Assembly (NCBI GenBank): GCA_039586365.1
Contig: JBDHKN010000009.1
Coordinates: 10,354-74,353 of the forward strand
Origin: Gemmatimonadota bacterium
Lineage (GTDB): Bacteria > Gemmatimonadota > Gemmatimonadetes > Gemmatimonadales > GWC2-71-9
Reading direction: 5' to 3'
DNA: 64,000 bases
Shown in pieces: positions 46,832 through 55,659 of the stretch. The position numbers and the translations under genes were made by a program. Under the pieces are notes generated by a model. That model saw nothing but the letters and a program-made list of their open reading frames with translations. It ran no database searches and was not told the DNA's origin. The number at the start of each line of letters is the position of its first letter. Within the stretch, counting starts at the first letter, position 1.

Positions 46832-48004
46832 ATGCCAAGAAACCAAAAGGACTTGACGGCCCCACCCTCACCGGAATCTGACAACGGACTCCAGGGAACC
46901 GTCGCTTTTCCCCTCGGCACCGAGCTCGTCGCGCAGGAGATCGGCGTTGACATCGGGCTGCTCGATGGGGCGGCCAGCATACCGCCGGAGATCGATTCGC
47001 AACGGCGGGTCGCGGCGGACCTGTCACGGCCGCTCGACGAGCGGCTCGAAGCCTATGAAGACATCATCGATTCGGAGGTCGGGGATACCACTCTCACGCG
47101 CGGTCGCAACCTCGAGCGTGAAGTCGGACTGCGACAGATCTACCTGAAGTTCGAGGGGGGGAATCCCTCCGGTAGCCAGAAGGATCGTATCGCTTTCGCC
47201 CAGGCACTGGACGCGCTGCGCAGAGGCTTCGACACCGTTACCGCAGCAACATGTGGCAACTATGGGGCTGCCGTGGCACTGGCGGCGTCACTGGCCGGCT
47301 TGCGCTGCATCATCTACATCCCCACTCCGTACCACGCCAAGAGGGTTGGCGAAATCATGAAGTTCGGGGCGGCAATCGAACGACGAGGGGATGACTACGA
47401 GACGGCCGTGGTGCTGTCCCGGGAGCGCGCTGAGCGGGAAGATCTCTACGATGCCAATCCTGGTGGGCCGAACACACCGATTCAGCTGCAGGCTTACGGT
47501 GAGATAGCATATGAGATCTACGACGAACTGCGCGATGCCCCCGCAGCGGTGGCTGTACCGGTTTCAAACGGTACGACTCTCGCTGGTCTTCACAAAGGGT
47601 TCGTGAGTCTCTACCGCCGCGGCAAGACCTCCCGGATGCCCCGCATGATTGCAGGTTCGTCGTTCCGCAAGAACCCAATCGTGCGGGCCTTTGTCGGTAA
47701 ACTGCCTCGCTGTGAAGATTTAGAGCCGGGCCGCGTGCGTGAGACGTCGGTGAACGAGCCGCTCGTGAACTGGCATTCGATCGACGGAGATCACGCACTC
47801 CAGGCGATTCGAGAGACCAGCGGTTGGGCAACCGACGCCAGTGACAAGAGCATGCTCGACTACGCGCGGCTACTACGCGAACGAGAGGGCCTGAGCGTGC
47901 TTCCCGCTTCGACGGCAGGCCTGGCGGCGATGGCACAGCGACACCGAACAGAGCCGCTCCCTGGCGACAGGTACGTCGTGCTTCTCACCGGGCGCAAGGC
48001 GTGA
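46832..48004 (+). CDS. Threonine synthase-like PLP enzyme (fold type II)
   Basis: GDTTL, YLKFEGGNPSGSQKDR (PLP Lys), ATCGNYG, VPVSNGT, VVLLTG. Confidence 0.85.
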   Translation: MPRNQKDLTAPPSPESDNGLQGTVAFPLGTELVAQEIGVDIGLLDGAASIPPEIDSQRRVAADLSRPLDERLEAYEDIIDSEVGDTTLTRGRNLEREVGLRQIYLKFEGGNPSGSQKDRIAFAQALDALRRGFDTVTAATCGNYGAAVALAASLAGLRCIIYIPTPYHAKRVGEIMKFGAAIERRGDDYETAVVLSRERAEREDLYDANPGGPNTPIQLQAYGEIAYEIYDELRDAPAAVAVPVSNGTTLAGLHKGFVSLYRRGKTSRMPRMIAGSSFRKNPIVRAFVGKLPRCEDLEPGRVRETSVNEPLVNWHSIDGDHALQAIRETSGWATDASDKSMLDYARLLREREGLSVLPASTAGLAAMAQRHRTEPLPGDRYVVLLTGRKA

Positions 48005-49101
48005 CGCAGCTGCTGGATGGGAATGCGATCGTCTATTGCCAGGGAGCTTTCGGCACGACCAACGGGAAGACTGCCCACGGCCTGGTGCGTCGTACGCGGC
48101 GCTACCGGGTGCTTTCGGTGGTCGATTCGTGGTGTGCCGGTAGCGACGCGGGTGAGCTGCTGGACGGCAGATCGCTGGGCATCCCAATTCACTCAACGGT
48201 TGCTGCTGCCGTTGAGGCTACCAACGCCGGCACGAACCGGAGACCGACCCACCTCGTGGTAGGGTTGGCTCCCGACGGAGGCCGGCTGCCGGCCGAGGCG
48301 CGCGAGGAGATCATGACGGCGCTCGAACTGGGTCTCAACGTCGACTCGGGACTGCACGACTTCCTGTCGGAGGATGCAGAGCTGGCCGGCCTGGCAGCCA
48401 AACACGGCGCTACGATTCGCGATATCCGTAAGCCACCCGACCGCCGGCAGTTGCACTTCTTCAGCGGAAAGATCGAACAGGTGAGTTCGCTCAGGGTCGC
48501 GCTGTTGGGAACAGATAGCGCTGTGGGAAAGCGCACCACCGCATGGCTGCTGCTCGACGCGCTCGAAGCTGCGGGCTTCAGGGCGGAACTGGTGGGCACC
48601 GGCCAAACCGCTTGGATGCAGGGGGCTCGCTATTCGGTGATACTTGATTCGTTGGTGAACGACTTCGTGGCCGGCGAGATCGAGCATGCAGTGTGGTCGG
48701 CCTGGAACGAGACCCAACCCGACGTCATTGTGATCGAAGGCCAGGGGAGTCTAATGAATCCTGCCTACCCCGGTGGCCATGAGATCCTTGCTGCGGGGAG
48801 GCCCGATGTGGTCGTACTGCAGCACGCGCCCGCGCGCAGTGAATACGACGGTTTTCCGGGGTATCCGCTGCACCCCCTCTCACGGCAGATCCAGGCGGTC
48901 GAAATCCTGTCAGGCAAGCCCGTGATCGCAATCACCATCAACCATGAGAACCTGACAGAGTCGGAAACCGAGGCTGCCTGTGCCAGTATCAGGGCCGAGA
49001 CTGGATTGCCAACGAGTGCTCCCCTGCGTACCGGCTTGCAGCCGGTGCTGGCCGCAATCGAGCGGCACGTCACTCGGGGAGAGCAGCCGGCCCATGAATG
49101 A
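48001..49101 (+). CDS. DUF1611 family protein (DgcN-like N-acetyltransferase)
   Basis: GKTAHGL, G.A..GG.LP, SGLH, GTDSAVGKRTT, TGQT, DFVAG, EGQGSL..P are DUF1611 motifs. Confidence 0.85.
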   Translation: MTQLLDGNAIVYCQGAFGTTNGKTAHGLVRRTRRYRVLSVVDSWCAGSDAGELLDGRSLGIPIHSTVAAAVEATNAGTNRRPTHLVVGLAPDGGRLPAEAREEIMTALELGLNVDSGLHDFLSEDAELAGLAAKHGATIRDIRKPPDRRQLHFFSGKIEQVSSLRVALLGTDSAVGKRTTAWLLLDALEAAGFRAELVGTGQTAWMQGARYSVILDSLVNDFVAGEIEHAVWSAWNETQPDVIVIEGQGSLMNPAYPGGHEILAAGRPDVVVLQHAPARSEYDGFPGYPLHPLSRQIQAVEILSGKPVIAITINHENLTESETEAACASIRAETGLPTSAPLRTGLQPVLAAIERHVTRGEQPAHE

Positions 49102-50683
49102 CGCGAGGGATGATGGCGCGGTGCAGCCGCGAGCTCCTGGGGAAAGCGGCCTGGACCAATCGTTGGTAGAGGAAGATCTGTGGAGTTGCCTGCGGGTGAT
49201 TCGGCGGCTCGAGGTCGGCCCGATCAGATTGGAGCCTCAGCGGGTGGTCGCACCTTACACGGTGGTGACGGATAGCGGCAGCGACACCACGGAGCTGATC
49301 TATCGGTTCGGGCCAAAGGTGTTCGACCCGGCTGATCCCGGAGCGCACAACCTCGCTAGCATGATAGCGGCGCAGGTGGCGCTGAACTACGGGTTGTTCG
49401 CGGACGAGATCCACTTCCTGGGTACCTACGACGCGGTTGACCGGGAGTTCCTACGGGACATGGCCGAAAACACCGCACGAGAGATCGCGGTGAAGAAATT
49501 CCTCGAGCCCAATCCGTTCCTCAGGGGTCAGGCAGCGAACTTGCCGGCCATCAAACGGCAACGCTACTGCCACGCCCGTATCCGCTTCCCCGTGGCGACA
49601 GGATCAGCTGGGAGGGGCGAGGTTCGTGTGATTGAGCCGTGGAGCGACAATCCATCGCGTCACGCGATTCTCTCCAGCGGCGGGAAGGAAAGCCTGCTCA
49701 CGCTTGGCCTGCTCAGGGAGATCGGTTGCGACACATATCCCATTTTCGTCAACGAGTCGGGCAGGCATTGGCTTACGGCCCTGAACGCCTACCGCCACTT
49801 GGCTGCATCGCATCCTGGCACAGGGCGCGTGTGGACCAACTCGGACCGCGTGTTTGCGTGGTTCCTCCGTCGCCTCCCATTTGTGAGACAGGACTTTGCC
49901 AATGTGCGCTCGGATGAGTATCCGATCCGGCTGTGGACCGTTGCCGTGTTTCTTTTCGGGGTTCTCCCGCTAATGCGTGTGAACAGGGTTGGTCGCCTCT
50001 TGATCGGTGACGAGTTCGACACCACCCGCCGAGCGTATCATCGGGGAATCCCGCATTACGATGGGCTGTATGACCAGAGCCGGTACTTCGACCAGATGGT
50101 CGGCCGATATTTTCAGCGCAAGGGGTTCGCTGTCGCACAGTTCTCTGCGGTACGCAACCTGTCAGAGCCGCTGGTACAGAAGATTCTGGCAGAGCGGTAT
50201 ACGGACCTGTTTGAGCACCAGGTGTCGTGCCATGCGACACATCAAGACGGGGTACGGGTCAGACCGTGCGGGCGTTGCGAGAAGTGCCGTCGCGTCGTGG
50301 GCATGCTGGTGGCGTTCCAGCTCGATCCGAAGCGGTGCGGCTACACCGACGAGCAGGTGGCAGACTGTCTCGCAGCGTTTGCTTCAGCTGGAGTGAACCA
50401 GGAATCGATCGGAGCACAGCATCTGGCCTATCTACTGACGCAGCGAGGTCTTTTGCCCAACGGCGCCGCGGGACTGGCCGCTCCCCGTATGAGACCCGAG
50501 GTGATGATGTTACGGTTTGATCCGGACAAGTCCCCACTGGACGGAATGCCGCCGGATCTGCGAGGACCCGTATTCCGCATCTTGCTGCAACATGCCGAGG
50601 GCGCATTGAGACGAGTGGGACGAGATTGGCAGAGATTTGACCCACTCGACGACGCAGGGCGGAAACACCCTAACGATGTGTGA
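49094..50683 (+). CDS. PP-loop (adenine nucleotide alpha hydrolase) protein, MurL/QueC-like, function unknown
   Basis: LSSGGKESLL PP-loop variant and a C-terminal SCH...PCGRCEKC putative Zn site. ATG at 49094 overlaps the DUF1611 gene end. Confidence 0.7.
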   Translation: MNDARDDGAVQPRAPGESGLDQSLVEEDLWSCLRVIRRLEVGPIRLEPQRVVAPYTVVTDSGSDTTELIYRFGPKVFDPADPGAHNLASMIAAQVALNYGLFADEIHFLGTYDAVDREFLRDMAENTAREIAVKKFLEPNPFLRGQAANLPAIKRQRYCHARIRFPVATGSAGRGEVRVIEPWSDNPSRHAILSSGGKESLLTLGLLREIGCDTYPIFVNESGRHWLTALNAYRHLAASHPGTGRVWTNSDRVFAWFLRRLPFVRQDFANVRSDEYPIRLWTVAVFLFGVLPLMRVNRVGRLLIGDEFDTTRRAYHRGIPHYDGLYDQSRYFDQMVGRYFQRKGFAVAQFSAVRNLSEPLVQKILAERYTDLFEHQVSCHATHQDGVRVRPCGRCEKCRRVVGMLVAFQLDPKRCGYTDEQVADCLAAFASAGVNQESIGAQHLAYLLTQRGLLPNGAAGLAAPRMRPEVMMLRFDPDKSPLDGMPPDLRGPVFRILLQHAEGALRRVGRDWQRFDPLDDAGRKHPNDV

Positions 50684-51471
50684 TAGCAATGGACTTGATC
50701 AACCTAGGTGAACTGACTTGGCCAGAGGCCAAGGAGAGATTCGAGTTAGTCGACATCGCTCTTTTACCTGTCGGAGCAATCGAGCAACATGGACCTCATC
50801 TTCCGTTGGACACGGACGCATTCGATGCGGCATACCTTGCGAAGCAGGTCGCTACGGCCTGCAGCCAGCCGCGGCCGGTGGTCCTACCTCTGATCCCGTA
50901 CGGAGTCTCGTATCACCATGCGGACTTCAAGGGTACGATCAGCGTCAGTCCAAATACGTTGGCAGGGCTGGTGCACGACGTAGGCATGAGCGCCGCACAT
51001 AACGGAGTCAAGAAGCTGGTGATCGTAAACGCCCACGGCGGCAACGTACCGGCGCTCCACTTTGCTGCGCAAACGATCAACCGTGACGCCCGGATCTTCA
51101 CGTGCGTCGACTCAGGTGAGACGAGTGACGCCGACGTGTATGCCATGGCCGAAACCCCCAATGACGTACACGCCGGAGAGATCGAGACCAGTACGGTTAT
51201 GGCTCTACGGCCTGACGCTGTGCGGTTGGGGAAGCGGCGCAAGTTCGTGCCAAAGTTCTCGAGTCACTACCTCGACTTCACTTCGAGACGAAGTGTCTCT
51301 TGGTACGCTAGGACGGCACGTATCTCGCCTTCCGGCGTACTGGGTGATCCGACGAAGGCTAGTCGTGAGAAGGGGGAGCGGATTTGGGCCGTCATGATCA
51401 AGAACCTCGTCGAGTTGGTTGAGCACATCAAAGAGATGAGCCTCGACGAGATCTACCAGACCAAGTACTGA
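50680..51471 (+). CDS. Creatininase-family amidohydrolase
   Basis: LPVGAIEQHGPHLPLDTD, GVS.HH..F.GT, NAHGGN, HAGEIETS, GVLGDP..AS.EKG. Confidence 0.93.
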   Translation: MIAMDLINLGELTWPEAKERFELVDIALLPVGAIEQHGPHLPLDTDAFDAAYLAKQVATACSQPRPVVLPLIPYGVSYHHADFKGTISVSPNTLAGLVHDVGMSAAHNGVKKLVIVNAHGGNVPALHFAAQTINRDARIFTCVDSGETSDADVYAMAETPNDVHAGEIETSTVMALRPDAVRLGKRRKFVPKFSSHYLDFTSRRSVSWYARTARISPSGVLGDPTKASREKGERIWAVMIKNLVELVEHIKEMSLDEIYQTKY

Positions 51472-51478
51472 AGCACTG

Positions 51479-52546
51479 ATGGAGATCACTCGGGTCGAAG
51501 CCTGGCCGATAGCGCTGACCTTGACGGAGCCGTACACGATCGCCTACGAGACGATCACGAGTGCAACAAATGTGTTAGTGCGGATCGAGACCAACGGCAA
51601 GCACGTAGGCTATGGCTGTGCCGCACCTGACATGCAGGTAACCGGAGAGAATGCAGCCATCGTATTGGAGGCCATCGGCAGTACGGCAGCATCGTTGTTG
51701 CGGGGAGAGGATCCCCTGCGGACGGCGATGCTGCTGGATCGATTGCAGCCCGATCTGCGTGCGAGACCCTCTGCGATGGCGGCCGTCGACATGGCGCTGC
51801 ACGATCTTCTCGGTAAGGTGTGTGATCTGCCGCTGTGGAGAATTCTGGGTGGCTATCGGGACCGGATCGAAACGAGCGTGACGATTGGCATCTTGCCGGA
51901 GGCAGAGACCTTGGAGCGGGCGGTGGAATGGGTAGCCAGAGGTTTCCGCTGTCTCAAGCTCAAGGGTGGACGGGATGTAGATAGCGACATCGTCCGGGTG
52001 CTCAAGGTACGCGAGCGGTTCGGGGAACGCATCGAGATCCGGTTCGACGCCAATCAGGGATATACGGTGGAAGAGGCACTCCGTTTTGTGGAGCAGACAA
52101 AAGCCGCACGACTGGAGCTGTTGGAGCAACCCACACCCAAGGGACAACCGGATCTGCTTGGCGGTGTCACGCGGTCGGTACCCATCCCGGTGATGGCTGA
52201 CGAGAGCCTCATGGGTCTACGCGATGCATTCAGGCTGGCACGGGACGGGCTGGCGGACATGGTGAACGTCAAGCTCATGAAGGTAGGTGGGATAGCAGAG
52301 GCGATTCAGATCAACGCCGTGGCCCGGTCCGCCGGCGTGGAGGTCATGGTCGGTTGCATGGACGAAACCGAACTGGCCATTGCCGCCGGATTGCACTATG
52401 CGTTGGCGCGTCCCAACGTCATCTACGCGGACCTCGACGGTCACTTGGCGCTACAAGACGATCCAACGAGTGGTACGGTGCTGCTGCGAGACGGCACTCT
52501 GTACGCGAGTGAGAAACCGGGATTGGGGTTGCAATCGCTACGTTAG
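51479..52546 (+). CDS. Enolase-superfamily dipeptide epimerase (L-Ala-D/L-Glu epimerase / DgcA-like)
   Basis: KLK motif, DANQG, EQP, ADES, VNVKLMK.GG, GCM.E, DLDG. Confidence 0.9.
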   Translation: MEITRVEAWPIALTLTEPYTIAYETITSATNVLVRIETNGKHVGYGCAAPDMQVTGENAAIVLEAIGSTAASLLRGEDPLRTAMLLDRLQPDLRARPSAMAAVDMALHDLLGKVCDLPLWRILGGYRDRIETSVTIGILPEAETLERAVEWVARGFRCLKLKGGRDVDSDIVRVLKVRERFGERIEIRFDANQGYTVEEALRFVEQTKAARLELLEQPTPKGQPDLLGGVTRSVPIPVMADESLMGLRDAFRLARDGLADMVNVKLMKVGGIAEAIQINAVARSAGVEVMVGCMDETELAIAAGLHYALARPNVIYADLDGHLALQDDPTSGTVLLRDGTLYASEKPGLGLQSLR

Positions 52547-52600
52547 TCCGTCGCGCGAACCCATTCCGCCGGCGAGTCTGCCTCAGTTGTGCTGGTCTTG

Positions 52601-53842
52601 TCAAGCCCCGACCTTATGCAGACGACGAACCAACGGTCGTAGAGTGAGACCCTGCACGATGATCGAAAACGCCACGACCGTGTAGGTGATGGGCAGGATG
52701 ATGGCGCGACCCTGTGCGGCTGAGAGCGAAAGTGCCAGGGCAACGGAGATCCCACCTCGCAGTCCGCTCCACGTGAGCAACTTGATGACGTGGGGGCTGA
52801 ACGACCGTCGCGCTCGCATCGCTGTGATCGGCAGCGCCACGCTGAGCCAGCGAGCACCCAAGACCATGGGAATGCTGAGCAAGCCGGCCAGCACTGCCTT
52901 TCCCGCAATGGTGACTACGAGTAGCTCGAATCCGATGAGCATGAATAGCAGGGCGTTCAATAGATCGTCCACTAGCTCCCAGAAGACGTCGAGACGCTCA
53001 CGTGTGCGGTCGGACATGGCGAATCGCCGTCCGTGGTTCCCTATCAGTAATCCGGCCACGACCATTGCCAACGGTCCGGATAGCCGCAACTCCAATGCCA
53101 GTGCGTAACCCCCGGTTACGACAGCCAGCGTGATCAAGACTTCGATCTGATGTTGGTCGATGCGCTTCAACATGTGATACGCGATCCAACCGATGCCGAA
53201 ACCAAACGCCAGACCGCCGATCACCTCACGTATCAGTACGTCGGCGACTTCGCTCATTGCCACCTCGTGTCCCCCTCCAGTGAGTCGCAGCAACGTGAGG
53301 AAGAGCACGACTCCTACGCCGTCGTTGAACAGTGATTCACCCGCGATCTTCATCTCGAGAGTCTTCGGCACGGTGAGCTGTTTCAACACACTCATCACGG
53401 CAATGGGATCGGTGGGAGAGATCAGTGCACCGAAAAGTAGGCAGTGGATGAACGGGATCTCGATTCCGATGGCCCGGAACATGACGAACGTCCCTGCGGC
53501 AATGACCGCAGTTGAAACGAGTACACCAAGGATTGCCAGAACTCCGATTATTGCTTTTTGCCTCGCCAGGTCATCCAGATCGATATGTAGTGCGCCGGCG
53601 AATAGCAGCGCCCCCAACATTCCATGCAGCAGAGTCCTATCGAAGTCGATGTCCTCCAATACGTGGACCAACTCGGCGCCACCGGCGAAACCGAGTCGCC
53701 CAGCCGCAATGAGGCCCGCCGAGAACACGAGGGCGATTAGCATGAGCCCGACTGTCGTTGGGAGATGCAGGTAGCGGTAATTCAGCCAGCCGAAGACGGC
53801 GGCGAACGTGGTTAGCAGTGCAATAACGTTGAATAGATCCAT
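52601..53842 (-). CDS. CPA1-family Na+/H+ antiporter (NhaP-like)
   Basis: LLFAGAL, FGALISPTDPIAV, GESLFNDG, SGPLAMVVAG, GLRGGISVALAL. Confidence 0.93.
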   Translation of the reverse strand: MDLFNVIALLTTFAAVFGWLNYRYLHLPTTVGLMLIALVFSAGLIAAGRLGFAGGAELVHVLEDIDFDRTLLHGMLGALLFAGALHIDLDDLARQKAIIGVLAILGVLVSTAVIAAGTFVMFRAIGIEIPFIHCLLFGALISPTDPIAVMSVLKQLTVPKTLEMKIAGESLFNDGVGVVLFLTLLRLTGGGHEVAMSEVADVLIREVIGGLAFGFGIGWIAYHMLKRIDQHQIEVLITLAVVTGGYALALELRLSGPLAMVVAGLLIGNHGRRFAMSDRTRERLDVFWELVDDLLNALLFMLIGFELLVVTIAGKAVLAGLLSIPMVLGARWLSVALPITAMRARRSFSPHVIKLLTWSGLRGGISVALALSLSAAQGRAIILPITYTVVAFSIIVQGLTLRPLVRRLHKVGA

Positions 53843-54009
53843 GTGGTGGCTATCAGTCCCTTTCGGAATGGCGGCCGATGGTGTGGCTCGCGCTGTGGCC
53901 TCTGCCGGCGCGGAGCGACTCTCGAATCGAGCGGTGGTAAGCTGCGACGGCGCACTCCCATGATTCGCCGGCCGGCAGCCCTGCCTACCTGCTACTAGTC
54001 ATTTGCCCT

Positions 54010-54240
54010 TCAGATCTGGGTCAGCAACCTCGCGTAGTCTCCCTTGTCGGCTCCCGAAGATAGCGATCTTCGGCAGCTCCCACACTCGATATCGTGCGGA
54101 CCCCACTCTGACTTCCCGCAACGAGTTACGGGGTGTGGAGAAGCGGGATCGAAGATCAGTGTCCCCTGTGGTGTACCAGCCGGTGCCGGGTCCAGTGGTG
54201 GCTTGTTGCGTAGTCCGGGGACCTTCAACACGAGATGCAT
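54010..54240 (-). CDS. Possible small hypothetical protein (76 aa, CxxC)
   Basis: GGAGG 6 nt upstream of ATG 54240. MHLVLKVPG...DIECGSCRRSL. No family recognised. Confidence 0.35.
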   Translation of the reverse strand: MHLVLKVPGLRNKPPLDPAPAGTPQGTLIFDPASPHPVTRCGKSEWGPHDIECGSCRRSLSSGADKGDYARLLTQI

Positions 54241-54441
54241 TGCACGCCTCCATTTAGATGGGCCTGAGTGCGTTGAATCTGAGAGACCAGGTGCAACCAC
54301 ACAATCAACGGCTCCCGTTTCTCTACCGACCTGCCCTAGTCTGTAGCCTGGTTCGGCGGGGAGGAGGGATGGTGTGAAGCCCTACAGCGAGTATACGTTT
54401 ACACCCTCCCGCATAGAGGATCTAATTTGGGCGAACCCACG

Positions 54442-55659
54442 ATGTCTCCGAGAAACCTTAGCCTCGTACTATGCGCTTGGGGTCTTGCTGCTGTAGCAGT
54501 GAGCAGCTGTGGATCTGATGGGGACACACCGCGGGGGACCGCACCACCCGATTCCATCAGACCGCTTGCTTCTGAGACAACTCAGGCGCTAACGGTGGGC
54601 GACTCAGCCAGATCCGCCAGTCGGCCCGACGTTCGGCCGGACCAAGACCTCATTGTTGTCTCACTCGACAGCCTCCGCGGCGAAGTTACGCGACTCGCTG
54701 AGTCGGTGAGCGCCTTGCAGGGCTCCAGCCTTGGCATCGCAGCCGGCGGGCCCCGCCTTCCGCTCGAAATCCAGACTGATACGGCAGGCGAACAGGGGCC
54801 GAGGATAGACGTACGGCAAACGGCCAGTGAGGTCAGACACCTGGGTTTACGGGTGTTTTGGGCGATCGTTCTCTTCATCCTGGCTTGGATGCTGATAGCG
54901 GCCATCGTCTGGCTGCTGGAAACCTTGGCCGAGCGGCGTGCTGCCCGCCGCCTGTTCTTCAAGAAGTTGATCCCAGTAGCCCGGCTGGTTGTCTGGTCCT
55001 TGGCCGTTTACTACGTGATCAGCGGCGTCTTCAATGTGGATCGCACTGGTCTCCTAGCTGCCACCGCGGCCTTAGGGGTGGGTATCGGCTTCGCGGCTCA
55101 GGGCATCATCAAGAACTTCCTCGGCGGTCTGATCATCATCTTCGACCAACCGTTCCAAGTCGGCGACAAGGTCAGAGTCGGGGGAACATACGGAGAAGTA
55201 GTGTCCATCGGCATGCGAGCCACTAGAATCGTCACGCCGGATGACAGCCTGGTTTCCGTTCCTAATTCCCAAGTCGTAGAAGATCAGGTAGCCAACGCCA
55301 ACTCCGGCGCGCTCGACTGCCAGGTCGTGGTGGACCTATACCTGCCCGGATGGGTGGATGTGGTTAAGGCAAAGTCAATCGCATACGAAGCGGCCGCCAA
55401 CTCGCGATATGTTTACCTGAAAAAGCCGATCGTGGTGAACGTCAAGGACGAGTTCAAGGAGACGTTCCTGACCCATCTCGTCGTGAAGTCGTACGTAATC
55501 GATACCCGTTACGAGTTCGCCTTGGCCAGCGATGTGACCGAAGCCGCCAAGCTGGAGTTTCTCCGCCAAGGCATGCTCTGGCCGATGGCTGGCAAACGAC
55601 CATACTTCGAACCGACGGCTGAGGGCGTCTCCTCTCAGCCTCCGAAAGCCACATCGTGA
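54442..55659 (+). CDS. MscS-family mechanosensitive channel with lipoprotein-like N-terminal extension
   Basis: GIGFAAQGIIKNFLGG.II..DQPFQVGD...GEV..IG.RAT.I.T.D...V.VPN. The N-terminus ends in AVSSC. Confidence 0.9.
   Translation: MSPRNLSLVLCAWGLAAVAVSSCGSDGDTPRGTAPPDSIRPLASETTQALTVGDSARSASRPDVRPDQDLIVVSLDSLRGEVTRLAESVSALQGSSLGIAAGGPRLPLEIQTDTAGEQGPRIDVRQTASEVRHLGLRVFWAIVLFILAWMLIAAIVWLLETLAERRAARRLFFKKLIPVARLVVWSLAVYYVISGVFNVDRTGLLAATAALGVGIGFAAQGIIKNFLGGLIIIFDQPFQVGDKVRVGGTYGEVVSIGMRATRIVTPDDSLVSVPNSQVVEDQVANANSGALDCQVVVDLYLPGWVDVVKAKSIAYEAAANSRYVYLKKPIVVNVKDEFKETFLTHLVVKSYVIDTRYEFALASDVTEAAKLEFLRQGMLWPMAGKRPYFEPTAEGVSSQPPKATS

Noticed and set aside
53843..54000. nhaA-type (Li+/Na+) riboswitch upstream of the antiporter
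   Set aside because: Only a short CGGCCGCC resemblance. No convincing full consensus or structure.
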